Assembly (NCBI GenBank): GCA_015522685.1
Contig: WALU01000004.1
Coordinates: forward strand, 1 to 36,952
Length of the DNA: 36,952 nt
Origin: Thermoproteota archaeon
GTDB taxonomy: Archaea; Korarchaeota; Korarchaeia; Korarchaeales; Korarchaeaceae
Reading direction: 5' to 3'
The notes beneath the pieces are model-generated. The model was not told the origin of the DNA. It saw nothing but the letters and a program-made list of their open reading frames with translations, and did not search any database. Made by a program: the position numbers and the translations under genes. This document shows, piece after piece, positions 17,920 to 27,897 of the stretch. Positions within the stretch are counted from its first letter, which is position 1; each line of letters begins with the position of its first letter.

Positions 17920-18366
17920 ATGCCTATCGATCCCAAGTTCTTGGACTTGATAAATTACGGGATATGCTATGTTTTGAACGAGAAGTATGGTAAAGAGGAG
18001 ACAGAAAAGGTATTCAAGGAAGTTGGTAAGGTTCTCTACACTAGGATAAAAGGGAAAGGTCTAATAAGCCCTGCAAAGGACCCCATGGATACCCTTGTAG
18101 AGATAGCCCGGTTTCTAGAGAAAATGGGTTATATGGAGAAGATTGACATAACTAGGAGGGGTGATAAGGAGCTAGAGCTTGACATGCATGGCGTATCTGT
18201 CCTTGATTCCTCGGTGAAGCTTGTCGAATCAGGAAGGTCGCCCTCTCATTACATGACAAACATAATGTTCGCTGCCCTTCAAGATTGCGGGATAGATGCT
18301 GAATTAATAGATCTAGGGTTTGATCTTAAGGGAAATCATGTTAAGGAGAAGTGGATTCTTAAATAG
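17920..18366 (+). CDS. Small soluble protein, possibly V4R/TRAPP-like ligand-binding fold
   Basis: Helical N-terminus with VFKEVGK, then ARFLEKMG and a beta-rich C-terminus; no firm motif. Confidence 0.5.
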   Translation: MPIDPKFLDLINYGICYVLNEKYGKEETEKVFKEVGKVLYTRIKGKGLISPAKDPMDTLVEIARFLEKMGYMEKIDITRRGDKELELDMHGVSVLDSSVKLVESGRSPSHYMTNIMFAALQDCGIDAELIDLGFDLKGNHVKEKWILK

Positions 18367-18441
18367 GGCCTAGAAAGATGATAGTTTTGAGAAGAATTAG
18401 TAATTTAACCTAAAAACATGATAAAAGGAGGATGCAATGAG

Positions 18442-19434
18442 TTATGAGTATAGATGGCAGGCCACGAAATGACCCGGCTTCATCTCCTTAAGCTGAGGCT
18501 CCTCCTTATCGCAAAGATCAAACCTCATTGGGCATCTCGTGTGAAATCTACATCCTGGAGGTATATCTATAGCTGAAGGTATCTCTCCCTTCAGTTTTAT
18601 TCTTTCTCTGCTCTTTCCAGGGGTTGGTACTGGGATTGCGCTGAGAAGCGCTTTAGTGTAGGGATGTAGGGGATCTCTGAAGAGGTCTCTCGTCTTACCC
18701 ATTTCCATTATCTTCCCAAGGTACATTATAGCTATCTTATCAGAGATGTACTTGGCCACAGCCAAGTCATGGGTTATGAAGAGGTAGGCAAGACCGAACT
18801 CCTTCCTTAGGTCCATCATCAGGTCAAGTATAGATGCCCTTAAGGAGACGTCTATCATGGATACAGGCTCATCAGCAACTACCAGCTTGGGTCTAGTTAT
18901 CATGGCCCTAGCTATCGCCACCCTCTGTCTCTGTCCCCCGCTCAGGTAAGCAGGATATGAATCGTAGAACACCTCTGGAGGGGTCAGCCCCACCTTCTCC
19001 AGCATCTCAAGTACCATGTTTTTGGCCTCTTCCCCTTCAGCTATTTTGTGTATGAGGAGAGGATCCATTATTGCCTCTCCAACCCTCATCCTCGGGTTAA
19101 GGGAGGCATATGGGTCCTGATATATTATCTGCATATGCTTTCTTAGAGGTCTCAGCTTCTTCTGGCTCAGGGAAGTTATATCTCTGCCTTGAAATGTTAT
19201 TTGACCAGCTGTAGGATCTATGAGCCTCAAAACAAGCTTTCCTGTGGTGGTCTTTCCGCTACCTGACTCTCCTACGAGGGAAAATACTCCCCCTTCCTCC
19301 ATGCTGAAGCTTATTCCATCCACAGCCTTTACATACCTTTCCTCTCTAGTTAAGAGCCTCTCTATGAAAGTCTTAGCGACTGGAAAGTACTTCTTAAGAT
19401 TCTTTACCTCTAGAAGCATAAGATCACCTTCCAT
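18442..19434 (-). CDS. oppF: Oligo/dipeptide ABC transporter ATPase
   Basis: GESGSGKT, LSGGQRQR, VADEP, HPYT, PPGCRFHTRCP; start is probably 19419. Confidence 0.95.
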   Translation of the reverse strand: MEGDLMLLEVKNLKKYFPVAKTFIERLLTREERYVKAVDGISFSMEEGGVFSLVGESGSGKTTTGKLVLRLIDPTAGQITFQGRDITSLSQKKLRPLRKHMQIIYQDPYASLNPRMRVGEAIMDPLLIHKIAEGEEAKNMVLEMLEKVGLTPPEVFYDSYPAYLSGGQRQRVAIARAMITRPKLVVADEPVSMIDVSLRASILDLMMDLRKEFGLAYLFITHDLAVAKYISDKIAIMYLGKIMEMGKTRDLFRDPLHPYTKALLSAIPVPTPGKSRERIKLKGEIPSAIDIPPGCRFHTRCPMRFDLCDKEEPQLKEMKPGHFVACHLYS

Positions 19435-20374
19435 AGAGCCAGCATTTCACGAATCTCCCGCTCACAATCTTAGCAGGTGGTTCCTTCTCTTCACAGATAG
19501 GCATCTTATTCAAGCATCTTGGGTTAAATCTGCAACCAGGCGGGGGTTCATGTAGATCAGGGGGAGAGCCAGGTATCGAGAGAAGTTCCTGGTCTTCGAG
19601 CTCAACATTGGGTATTGCCTTCAGGAGTTCCTTGGTATATGGATGAAGAGGTTCTCTTGCTATATCGCTGGCATTTGAAAGTTCCATGAGCCAGCTGGCA
19701 TACATAACAGCTATTTTATCCGCTACTTCGAGTTCCAAGGCTAAATCATGAGAGATCAGGATTATTGCGATGCCGAACTCCTTTCTTAACCTAGAGAACA
19801 AGTCCATTATCTGATCCTGAACTATGACATCTAGGGCTGTTGTTGGTTCATCTGCTATTATGAGCTTCGGATTTAGAGAGACGGCCATCGCTATCATCAC
19901 TCTTTGCCTCATACCACCGCTAAGCTGATGCGGATAGTCGTTGAACCTATCCTTGGAGATGCCCACTTCATCCAAAAGCTCCAATGCTCTCTTTTTAGCT
20001 TCCTCCTTGCTTATCTTCTCATGAGCCATTATTGCTTCTACTATATGGTCTCCTATTCTCATGAGGGGATCTAGCGATGTCATGGGATCTTGGAAAACCA
20101 TTGCTATTTCCTTTCCTCTTATTTCCTTCAATTCCTTCTCGCTCATCTTGGTGAGGTCTTTACCATCAAGCTTCACGCTTCCTTTCACTATCTTACCGGG
20201 AGATGGAACCAAGTTCATTATGGCCAATCCTAAGGTGCTCTTCCCACTTCCAGATTCTCCAACAATTCCCATGACCTCTGATCTATCCAGATTGAATGAG
20301 ACTCCTTCTACAGCCTTAACAACTCCTCTTTTAGTGTAATAGTGGACATGAAGGTCTTCCACTTCCAGGAGCAT
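19424..20374 (-). CDS. oppD: Oligo/dipeptide ABC transporter ATPase
   Basis: GESGSGKS, FQDPMTSLDP, LSGGMRQR, IADEPTTALD, GCRFNPRC. Confidence 0.95.
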   Translation of the reverse strand: MLLEVEDLHVHYYTKRGVVKAVEGVSFNLDRSEVMGIVGESGSGKSTLGLAIMNLVPSPGKIVKGSVKLDGKDLTKMSEKELKEIRGKEIAMVFQDPMTSLDPLMRIGDHIVEAIMAHEKISKEEAKKRALELLDEVGISKDRFNDYPHQLSGGMRQRVMIAMAVSLNPKLIIADEPTTALDVIVQDQIMDLFSRLRKEFGIAIILISHDLALELEVADKIAVMYASWLMELSNASDIAREPLHPYTKELLKAIPNVELEDQELLSIPGSPPDLHEPPPGCRFNPRCLNKMPICEEKEPPAKIVSGRFVKCWLYGR

Positions 20375-20378
20375 TTAT

Positions 20379-21254
20379 TCATCTCACCTCCTTCTGACCC
20401 AGCACCTTGTTCAGCCCCTCCCCTAGGAGACCGAAGCCGAGTGCTAGGAGTATTATCATTATGCCTGGGAACATGACAGGCCACCATTTACCGGAGAGAA
20501 AGTATCTCTGCCCGTTCTTGAGATCAAAGCCCCAGTCTGGAGTTGGAGATGGAACGCTTAATCCAAGGAAGCTCAGTCCAGCCTCCGTGAGTATTGCATC
20601 AGCCACGTTCAGCGAGAAAACAACGGCTATTATGAAGAACACGCTCGGAAATATGTATCTTCTCAATATCCTCCAATCAGTAGCTCCCAAGGCCCTGGCA
20701 GCCTCTACGAACAGCTGCTCCCTTAGGGAGAGAACCTGCCCTCTCACCATCCTGAAGTACGTTGGGATGTAGACGACAGCTAGGGATATGGAAGTGTTAT
20801 AGATTCCGGGGCCTAGCATCGCAGCAACGGCTATAGCTAATATCAATCCAGGGAAAGCATAGATGCTGTCCATTATCAGGGAGAACGTTCTATCAAGTTT
20901 CCCACCTATATAGCCAGATATAAGGCCTAGTGGTATACCAATGGACATGGAAAGAGCTGTCGACATGAGTATAACTATAAGTATAGTTCTTGATCCATAA
21001 ACAACTCTGCTGAATACATCTCTACCTATAGTATCTGTCCCCCAAGGGAACTTAGGAGATGGTGGCACTACAGGCATTCCTACTATCTTTACTGGATTGT
21101 AAGGCGCTATGAACTCTGCAAAAGCGGCCATTATAAGGGTAATCAGAATTATAATGAGGCCAAAGACCATCATATAACCATCAAGTCCAGCATCTTTGAC
21201 CATGCAGGAGAAACGGGAGAAACCAAAGGTCCTCATGTCATCACCCCACCTCAA
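20379..21254 (-). CDS. oppC: Oligo/dipeptide ABC transporter permease
   Basis: GTDTIGRDVFSRVVYG, EAARALGA, EAGLSFLG, PDWG; start is probably 21236. Confidence 0.95.
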   Translation of the reverse strand: MRWGDDMRTFGFSRFSCMVKDAGLDGYMMVFGLIIILITLIMAAFAEFIAPYNPVKIVGMPVVPPSPKFPWGTDTIGRDVFSRVVYGSRTILIVILMSTALSMSIGIPLGLISGYIGGKLDRTFSLIMDSIYAFPGLILAIAVAAMLGPGIYNTSISLAVVYIPTYFRMVRGQVLSLREQLFVEAARALGATDWRILRRYIFPSVFFIIAVVFSLNVADAILTEAGLSFLGLSVPSPTPDWGFDLKNGQRYFLSGKWWPVMFPGIMIILLALGFGLLGEGLNKVLGQKEVR

Positions 21255-22261
21255 TACCTTATCCTTGGATCCACATATGCGTAGACTATGTCAACGACCA
21301 AGCTTATCAGAGCAACGAACAAAGCGTAGAAAACTATAGATCCTTGTATAGTGGTAAAGTCCCTGTAAGTGATTCTCTCAACTAAGAATGTACCCATGCC
21401 GGGCCAAGAAAATGTTGTTTCTGTAAGGACTGCCCCAGCAAGCAGAAGGGCGAATTGAAGACCCATCATCGTCAGTATCGGTATTAGAGCATTTTTCAGG
21501 GCATGCCTGAAGAGTATAATCCTTCCAGATAATCCTCTGGCCCTGCAGGCCCTTATGAAGTCCTGACCCAAGACCTCCATGAGGCTTGATCTGACTAGCC
21601 TAGTATATATTCCTGATAGGACCAATCCCAGTGTGAAGGAGGGTAAAGCAAGGTGGGCCAAGGCGCTTAGCAGGCTGTCTAGTCTCATGGCCAGTATTGA
21701 ATCAACAATGTAGAGACCTGTTACCGTAGGAGGTTCTAGTCCAGGATCTATCCTCCCTCCTACAGGAAGGGCCCTGAGCCATACCCCAAAGACCAGTTGA
21801 AGCATCATTCCCAGGAGAGGAATGAATAAGGAGTAAACAACTATGCTGTAAATCCTCATCGAGGCATCGAGTTTTCCTCCAGATCTAATACCAGCAATCA
21901 TGCCAGTCAGTAATCCCAAGAGAACGCTAACCAAGAACCCACCTATGGTGAGTTCTAGAGTCGCTGGAAAATGATCCATTATCTCCTGTATAACAATTCT
22001 CTTCCCCCATATCATGGATCTGCCGAAATCTCCTCTCATGAGATCCACTAAGTAATCGACGTATTGTAACCAGAGGGGCTTATCCAGCCCAAGCTGGTGC
22101 TCTAACTGCTTTATATACTTCGGAGAGGCTTTCATGCCTACCATCGCTATAACTGGATTTCCTGGAAGTACCCTCATTACCAAGAAGACGAGTGTAAGGA
22201 GAATAAGGATCATGGGTATAGTAAGAAAGATTCTAGTTATCACATAAGCTCTGAGAGACAT
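21251..22261 (-). CDS. oppB: Oligo/dipeptide ABC transporter permease
   Basis: PGNP, GLDKPLWLQY, GDFGRS, HALKNA, TETTFSWPGMG, DPRI. Confidence 0.95.
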   Translation of the reverse strand: MSLRAYVITRIFLTIPMILILLTLVFLVMRVLPGNPVIAMVGMKASPKYIKQLEHQLGLDKPLWLQYVDYLVDLMRGDFGRSMIWGKRIVIQEIMDHFPATLELTIGGFLVSVLLGLLTGMIAGIRSGGKLDASMRIYSIVVYSLFIPLLGMMLQLVFGVWLRALPVGGRIDPGLEPPTVTGLYIVDSILAMRLDSLLSALAHLALPSFTLGLVLSGIYTRLVRSSLMEVLGQDFIRACRARGLSGRIILFRHALKNALIPILTMMGLQFALLLAGAVLTETTFSWPGMGTFLVERITYRDFTTIQGSIVFYALFVALISLVVDIVYAYVDPRIRY

Positions 22262-22286
22262 TTAAGACCCACCTAGGCAGGATGAG

Positions 22287-22311
22287 TAAAATAAAATAAA
22301 ATAAAATAAAA
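22287..22311 (-). terminator. (TTTTA)x5 U-rich tract after oppA; candidate archaeal intrinsic terminator
   Basis: (TAAAA)x5 on the plus strand, inside the oppA-oppB spacer. Confidence 0.5.
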
Positions 22312-22336
22312 AGAAAATAAGTAAAGGAGGGAAGGT

Positions 22337-24013
22337 TCAGCCACCGACCTCTTTGTAGAGGAGGAAGTATCTGAGGAGCATTATTGGGTCAAGGACTATT
22401 CCGTGCACGTTCTTATTTGCGACTACATAGAGCTTCCCTTGAAATATCGGCACTATTGGAGAATCGTCAGCGAGTATCTGCTGGACCTGCTTGTATAATT
22501 GCGCCCTCTTATTATGATCTAGAGCAACTTGAGCCTCCTCAAGCAGCTTATCTAGCTGCGGGTTGCTGTAGGGCTCACCAAGCCATCTGTTTGAACTAGT
22601 ATGGAGGAACGGGTACAGATAGTCATCAGGATCTATGTAGTCAGGATACCATCCGTAGAGGGTAACTGGAAGCTGCCCCTTCCTAGTTAGCTCTAAGTAG
22701 GTGCTCCACTCAGCGCTCTTTACCGTTACCTCAACCATTCCTGTCTTCTCCCATGCCTCCTTTATGAGGGCAGCAACATCGGCTTCAGTATCTCCATAGT
22801 GAGATGGAGTGTACCAAAGCTCTACCTTCAACTTATTATTCTCTGAATACCCTGCCTCCTTGAGCAGCTTCTTGGCCAGCTCTAGGTTGGCCTCACCATA
22901 TTTCTCCTTGAAAACGTCCTCATGGCTCCACATTCCCATCGGGACCAAGCTGTACAGAGGATCTACAGTGCCCAAGAAGACCCTCTGAGCTATTGCATTT
23001 CTATCCAAGGCTGCAGCCAGGGCCTGCCTTACCTTCTTGTTATCGAAAGGTTTTATCTTCGTATTGAAGACTATGTACCTGATGAAGGATCCCTTTCCCT
23101 CCACCACCTGCAGGTTAGGATTCTTCTTCAAGTCACTAATATCTGTTGGGTTAAGGGTCCTCCAAGCTACATCTATCTCACCGCTCTCAAGGGCAAGCCT
23201 CATGGTAGTGGCATCCTTATAGAACTTTATTATTATCCTGTGAGTCTTGGGTTTCTCGCCATAGTAATAGGGATTTGTTTCGAGTATTAGGACCTGATCT
23301 CTAACCCACTTAGTTATCTTATATGGACCTATGCTACCAGCTGTGTTATCTGAGGAGATTTTGTCGGCAGGATATTTGTTAGGTGGTATCGGGAAGTATG
23401 TTGGGACTGCGAGTACGGCTGGATAGAATGCTACCGGATGCTTCAAGGTTATCTTTAATGTGTAGTCATCTACCACCTCCGTCTTGTTCACAAAATCCAA
23501 AACGAACCAAGCAGGATCTCCCTTTATCCTTGCAACCCTATCTATAGCCCACTTCAGATCTTTGGCGGTGCATGGAGTTCCATCAGCGAACTTAAGGTTC
23601 TTTCTCAACTTCAATATGTAAACCTTACCACCATTCTCAACCTTGTAATCCTCTATTATCCCATTAGTTAGCTCAGTGGTCCCTGGTTTATACTTGAAAG
23701 GACCCTCCCCTATATTATTGAATACTTCCCAAGTGTAAAAGTCATAGGCATTGGCAGGATCTAGGTCCGAGACCTTATCCGTCACTCCTATTGTTATAGT
23801 ATCAGCATACTTCTTAGCAACTGTTGTCTGAGTTGTGGTCGTTACAGGAGGTGGAACTCCTGCGGTCTTAGTTACGGTAACTGTACTGACAGCTGTCTTC
23901 GTTGTAGTGATGGTCGCTGTTCTACTAGGGGCAGCGGCAAAATAACCAATTATTAGCCCGATTATAAGTAAGACTACGACTATTCCCCACTCTTTTCCAG
24001 TCATAAAAAGCAC
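22337..24013 (-). CDS. oppA: Peptide ABC transporter substrate-binding protein (family 5) with N-terminal anchor and Thr-rich linker
   Basis: SDLDPA, LKFADGTP, GPYKI, NPYYYG, GWYPDYIDPD; start is probably the ATG at 24004. Confidence 0.95.
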   Translation of the reverse strand: MLFMTGKEWGIVVVLLIIGLIIGYFAAAPSRTATITTTKTAVSTVTVTKTAGVPPPVTTTTQTTVAKKYADTITIGVTDKVSDLDPANAYDFYTWEVFNNIGEGPFKYKPGTTELTNGIIEDYKVENGGKVYILKLRKNLKFADGTPCTAKDLKWAIDRVARIKGDPAWFVLDFVNKTEVVDDYTLKITLKHPVAFYPAVLAVPTYFPIPPNKYPADKISSDNTAGSIGPYKITKWVRDQVLILETNPYYYGEKPKTHRIIIKFYKDATTMRLALESGEIDVAWRTLNPTDISDLKKNPNLQVVEGKGSFIRYIVFNTKIKPFDNKKVRQALAAALDRNAIAQRVFLGTVDPLYSLVPMGMWSHEDVFKEKYGEANLELAKKLLKEAGYSENNKLKVELWYTPSHYGDTEADVAALIKEAWEKTGMVEVTVKSAEWSTYLELTRKGQLPVTLYGWYPDYIDPDDYLYPFLHTSSNRWLGEPYSNPQLDKLLEEAQVALDHNKRAQLYKQVQQILADDSPIVPIFQGKLYVVANKNVHGIVLDPIMLLRYFLLYKEVGG

Positions 24014-24287
24014 CTTTAGATAGAAGCTATCTCTAAGATCTATATAAAAATAATGTTAAAGATAGGTTAAGTTCTTACAATGTCAGGTTCCATAATGCTC
24101 CCCAATTCTCCTCTCAAATTTTTTAATCTTTCATCGATCTTCGAGGAATTGCAATAGTTAAGGAGATCAGCGTAGCTATCACTATCTTACTTATTTAGTT
24201 ACGTAGCTAGCTTGATCGCCAACAAAAGCTCTTCTACTTGTCGGGAAGGTATATAGTTAACTTTTGTCCTTATTGTCAAGGTTCAAG

Positions 24288-25208
24288 CTAGGGAGCGGGA
24301 GATGCGACGTTCACCCAGAGCTGAGTCCATCTTCCATCATATCGGAAACCCCTCGACGTCTCATTATATGCCCAAAGCTCGACTATCAGTTTATAAGTTC
24401 CCGTCTTATTAAGGGAGAAGGTAAGAGGAATTATCTTAGATTTGTTATACTCTAGGATTAGATAATGGTGCCAGAATGGACTGATAGATGATGAATTTAC
24501 TTTACTGCTCTTATTTCCAAGTTTGGCCTCGACTTCATAGAACATAGGGTAACCCATATGATTCCCCACATAGATGTAGACTAATGCTCGCTCTCCAACT
24601 GTGAGGTTGCTTGGGTAATCTGCGAGCTTCTTATTCCTGCCTAGTAACCCAAGCTCTGAGAATGGTTCTGCTACCTTACCAGCGGATATATACTGAGCTA
24701 CCGCAAAGACCACCGCCACAACAAGTATGGCTGCCAGTACGGCTCTCACTTCATCGTCTAGCAGCATAGAAGATCTCTTAACCCTTTCCTTTCTCACCTT
24801 CAGAGCCTGCTTACCTCTAATCTTCAGCCAGACTCTCCAAATCCTTCCCTTTACGAAAAGATAATAGTAGGCTGCTGCCATTAGCAAAATAGAAGCAGTT
24901 AAAAATAAGGCTATGGCCAAATTGCCCCACAGAGCCTCGTTATGGGCCAAATCAGCTAGTTCTACAGATTCCTTTCTCATATTTGCCAATTTGCTCAAGT
25001 CTATGCGCTCCCCTCTGTTCAAAGCTAAGTTTATCAGATCGTTGAGCTGAGAGATCAAGGCTGTGGTATTAGCTCCAGCTCTGCTGGCTCTGACTATCGA
25101 GAGGTAGGTAACTCCTACTTCATCAATAGGCTGCTGAGCCTGCAAAGTAATCGCTGCCAAAGCAAGGACCAGCAGAATTATTCCGCAGCTTTTCATCTTG
25201 CAGAGCAT
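24288..25208 (-). CDS. Membrane protein with the DUF1616 C-terminal (Ig-like) region
   Basis: Signal-like N-terminus, two TM segments, then EPFSELGLLG..KLADYPSNL..YVGNHMG...QLWVNV. Confidence 0.75.
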   Translation of the reverse strand: MLCKMKSCGIILLVLALAAITLQAQQPIDEVGVTYLSIVRASRAGANTTALISQLNDLINLALNRGERIDLSKLANMRKESVELADLAHNEALWGNLAIALFLTASILLMAAAYYYLFVKGRIWRVWLKIRGKQALKVRKERVKRSSMLLDDEVRAVLAAILVVAVVFAVAQYISAGKVAEPFSELGLLGRNKKLADYPSNLTVGERALVYIYVGNHMGYPMFYEVEAKLGNKSSKVNSSSISPFWHHYLILEYNKSKIIPLTFSLNKTGTYKLIVELWAYNETSRGFRYDGRWTQLWVNVASPAP

Positions 25209-25270
25209 CCTATAAAAGACCCAACTTATTTTATATCTTTACGGTAAAATACAGCTCAGGGCTTAACCGA

Positions 25271-25873
25271 ATGAAATATGAGTTGAGCAAGGGTGAGGAG
25301 AAAGCCTTGAAGCTGTTGAAGATAAAAGAGGAAATCGAGATAGAGGAGGCGGCAGGGAATGTTGCATCTCGCCTGAATATAACCGTAGAAAATGCTGCCA
25401 AGATCATTTACCTCCTGTGGAAGAAAGGCTATCTAGATTTAGTCGATGAAAGAGTATCTAAGAGCTTCTCATCGTACTTCCTATCATGGGAAAGCCTTTG
25501 GTATTGGATTCTAGTTAGCTACATCGCACTAACTTCTCTAACGGTGGCCTTTGTATCAAAGTCTCCTCTTATCTACCTTAGATATATATTAGGTAGCGCC
25601 TTAGTTCTCTACATACCGGGAGCCGCCCTTATAGAAGCTCTTTACCCCTCGTCCGAGCTCGAACCCCTAGAGAGATTTGCCTTGTCTATAGGGCTTAGCT
25701 TAGCTATTGTACCTCTGATAGGTCTAATTCTGAATTACACGCCATGGGGGATAAGACTCGAGCCTGTACTTTACTCTCTGATACTATTCTCCTTAGCTGT
25801 AGGGTTTACTGCTTTGATTAGAAAGTATATGATACTGAAAGGGGAACTGGCCAATGGAACCCCAAGCAGATGA
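25271..25873 (+). CDS. wHTH-like domain fused to the DUF1616 N-terminal membrane region
   Basis: LRYILG..VLYIPGAALIEALYP..ELEPLERFALSIGLSLAIVPLIGLILNYTPWGIRL. Confidence 0.8.
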   Translation: MKYELSKGEEKALKLLKIKEEIEIEEAAGNVASRLNITVENAAKIIYLLWKKGYLDLVDERVSKSFSSYFLSWESLWYWILVSYIALTSLTVAFVSKSPLIYLRYILGSALVLYIPGAALIEALYPSSELEPLERFALSIGLSLAIVPLIGLILNYTPWGIRLEPVLYSLILFSLAVGFTALIRKYMILKGELANGTPSR

Positions 25874-25971
25874 AAAGAGTTATTGGACTTAGTTGAACTT
25901 AGGAGGGCCTTTCCTAAAGATCAGATCTTTTGAAGTTACAAATTAAATCAAATTAAATTCCTTTCTTCACC

Positions 25972-27741
25972 TTAAGGATGCGTTACTACATCCTTTCCTG
26001 AAGAGTAGTAGATATTTCTCAGTATTATAAGGTTATTAAGGTTCTCTGAATCGCTCAGTCTAATTATGCCCATCTCTCGCAGAGCATCTTTCCTTATGAA
26101 AGTTACTCCTTTCTCAGTAATATGGCTCAATATCTTGAAGTTGTTTCCCCTTGGGGAGAAGCTTTTCACCCTGAGAATGTTATTATAGCTCGCTGAGTAG
26201 TATGATACGGCCGGTTCTATCCTGTAATCTGTAATTATCGTGTTAGAAACATGCTTTCCGAGGAAGGAACTCGATTCAAGGTCTTGTTTCTTAGGCATAC
26301 CTCTATAAAGATAAGCCGTCTCTTGAGATAAAGGCCAGCTAGGGGGAATCAGCGCTCCAATAACGAAGCTAGACGTAAATATTACGGTGAGTACTAGGGC
26401 TAAGACCCTTAAGCGGCTCTTACACCTGAGCTTCCTCATACCTTGACCAGCAAGAATTACTAACAGGAAAAGGACGGGAGTTCCAAAGTATCTGTAAAAA
26501 GCAGCAGTATAGCACGACAATGAGAGAGCAGCACCAAGTAAGATGAAGGTAGCTGAAGAGAGAAAGATAATCAACTGATTTTTCCTCTTAAGTGAGATCA
26601 TGGCTAATGCTATGATCAATGCATAGTTTATCAATAAGAGAAATGAGTTAACTGGATTGCTCAGATTTATCGAATAGGCAACTACCTTGAGAGCTAATAC
26701 TTCCTTTATAACGGATAGTTTTATCTGCTCTATCATGAAGAGGAACTTTCTAATAAGATCTAATGAATAAGATATATAGAGAAGAACTGCCGATACTAAT
26801 AAAAGAGAGATCTTGATTCTCCTGTCGGATGGAGCATACTTCAAGGAAAGGAGAACAGCGATCGTGATGAAAATTAGTGTGGGAACCGGGTGATAGAAGA
26901 ATGACATGGTATAGAGTATTACTATAGTAGCAAAGCTCTCCTTTAAAGAAGCCTTCAGAAAGGGTAAGAGGGCCAGGAGGCAGAGGACTATGGAATAAGC
27001 TTCAGGTATAGGAGAAATAACGAATACAAAGATAAGAGGAAGACCTATGAGCAAAAAGCCTGGAATAAATCTGCCTCCAATAGCTTTAGATATTAGGTGA
27101 GGAACTAAAATCAATCCAAGAACCCCATATGTTAGGAAGGAGAACGCATAGGGGAAGGCTGGGCTTATTCCAGAGACCTCTGAGAGGATTGCATGAAGCA
27201 GATGATAAAATGGAAAGTAAAGATACATGTGGTCTACAAACCTTATAACTGGTAGTTTACCTTCTCTTATGATCTCCATCGCTCTTATAGCATGATGTGT
27301 AGTATCCTTGCCAAACATGAGTAAATTGCCTGAAAACATTGTTACAACAGAAAATAGCAGCACTATTGATGCTAGAAGGGAGTACTGGTCATCTTCCACC
27401 GAGAAATATATTAGCAGTGGGTAGAGGATGAGTAACTCGTAAGGTAAAGCCTGCATGTATATGGACGAAATAAGCAGTAATAAAGCTGAAGTGATTATTA
27501 TTGTCCTTCTGGTTCTAATATCACAGACTTTATCTTCATCTCTAGAAAAGCCTGCCAAGCATACTAATGTGATCAGAAGGACAACTCCCAGGGAACCTAG
27601 GTTGGTTTCCTGCAGTAAGAAACTCAGCAAGATGTAGCCAACTGAGGCTGCTATCGTCAGGGCGCAAAGGGCTTTAGGAGGGCTTATCTGAATCATCTTA
27701 AATACCTCTGAGCCTATCCTTCCACTTTTCGGTACGATCAT
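25972..27741 (-). CDS. Large polytopic membrane protein, putative GT-C-type transferase/polymerase of a surface-glycan locus
   Basis: More than 13 hydrophobic segments; GKDTTHH...YLYFPFYH first loop; soluble tail; next to a GT4 gene. Start may be ~27696. Confidence 0.6.
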   Translation of the reverse strand: MIVPKSGRIGSEVFKMIQISPPKALCALTIAASVGYILLSFLLQETNLGSLGVVLLITLVCLAGFSRDEDKVCDIRTRRTIIITSALLLLISSIYMQALPYELLILYPLLIYFSVEDDQYSLLASIVLLFSVVTMFSGNLLMFGKDTTHHAIRAMEIIREGKLPVIRFVDHMYLYFPFYHLLHAILSEVSGISPAFPYAFSFLTYGVLGLILVPHLISKAIGGRFIPGFLLIGLPLIFVFVISPIPEAYSIVLCLLALLPFLKASLKESFATIVILYTMSFFYHPVPTLIFITIAVLLSLKYAPSDRRIKISLLLVSAVLLYISYSLDLIRKFLFMIEQIKLSVIKEVLALKVVAYSINLSNPVNSFLLLINYALIIALAMISLKRKNQLIIFLSSATFILLGAALSLSCYTAAFYRYFGTPVLFLLVILAGQGMRKLRCKSRLRVLALVLTVIFTSSFVIGALIPPSWPLSQETAYLYRGMPKKQDLESSSFLGKHVSNTIITDYRIEPAVSYYSASYNNILRVKSFSPRGNNFKILSHITEKGVTFIRKDALREMGIIRLSDSENLNNLIILRNIYYSSGKDVVTHP

Positions 27742-27897
27742 CTGAAAGAGATCCCAATCCTTAATAACTAATCTTCCTCAGATTAATAGTCTCATTTTGG
27801 TTAGCTGGTAGTATTAGATTTCATAGCTATTGCAGGATAGAGATAGAGGAGGTGATTAAAGAAAACCTTGGAAAGGTTATTTGTAATTTTACAAGCT

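Noticed and set aside
24240-24290. NFCPYCQG zinc-ribbon-like peptide
   Set aside because: No start codon or first CxxC pair; too short to support.
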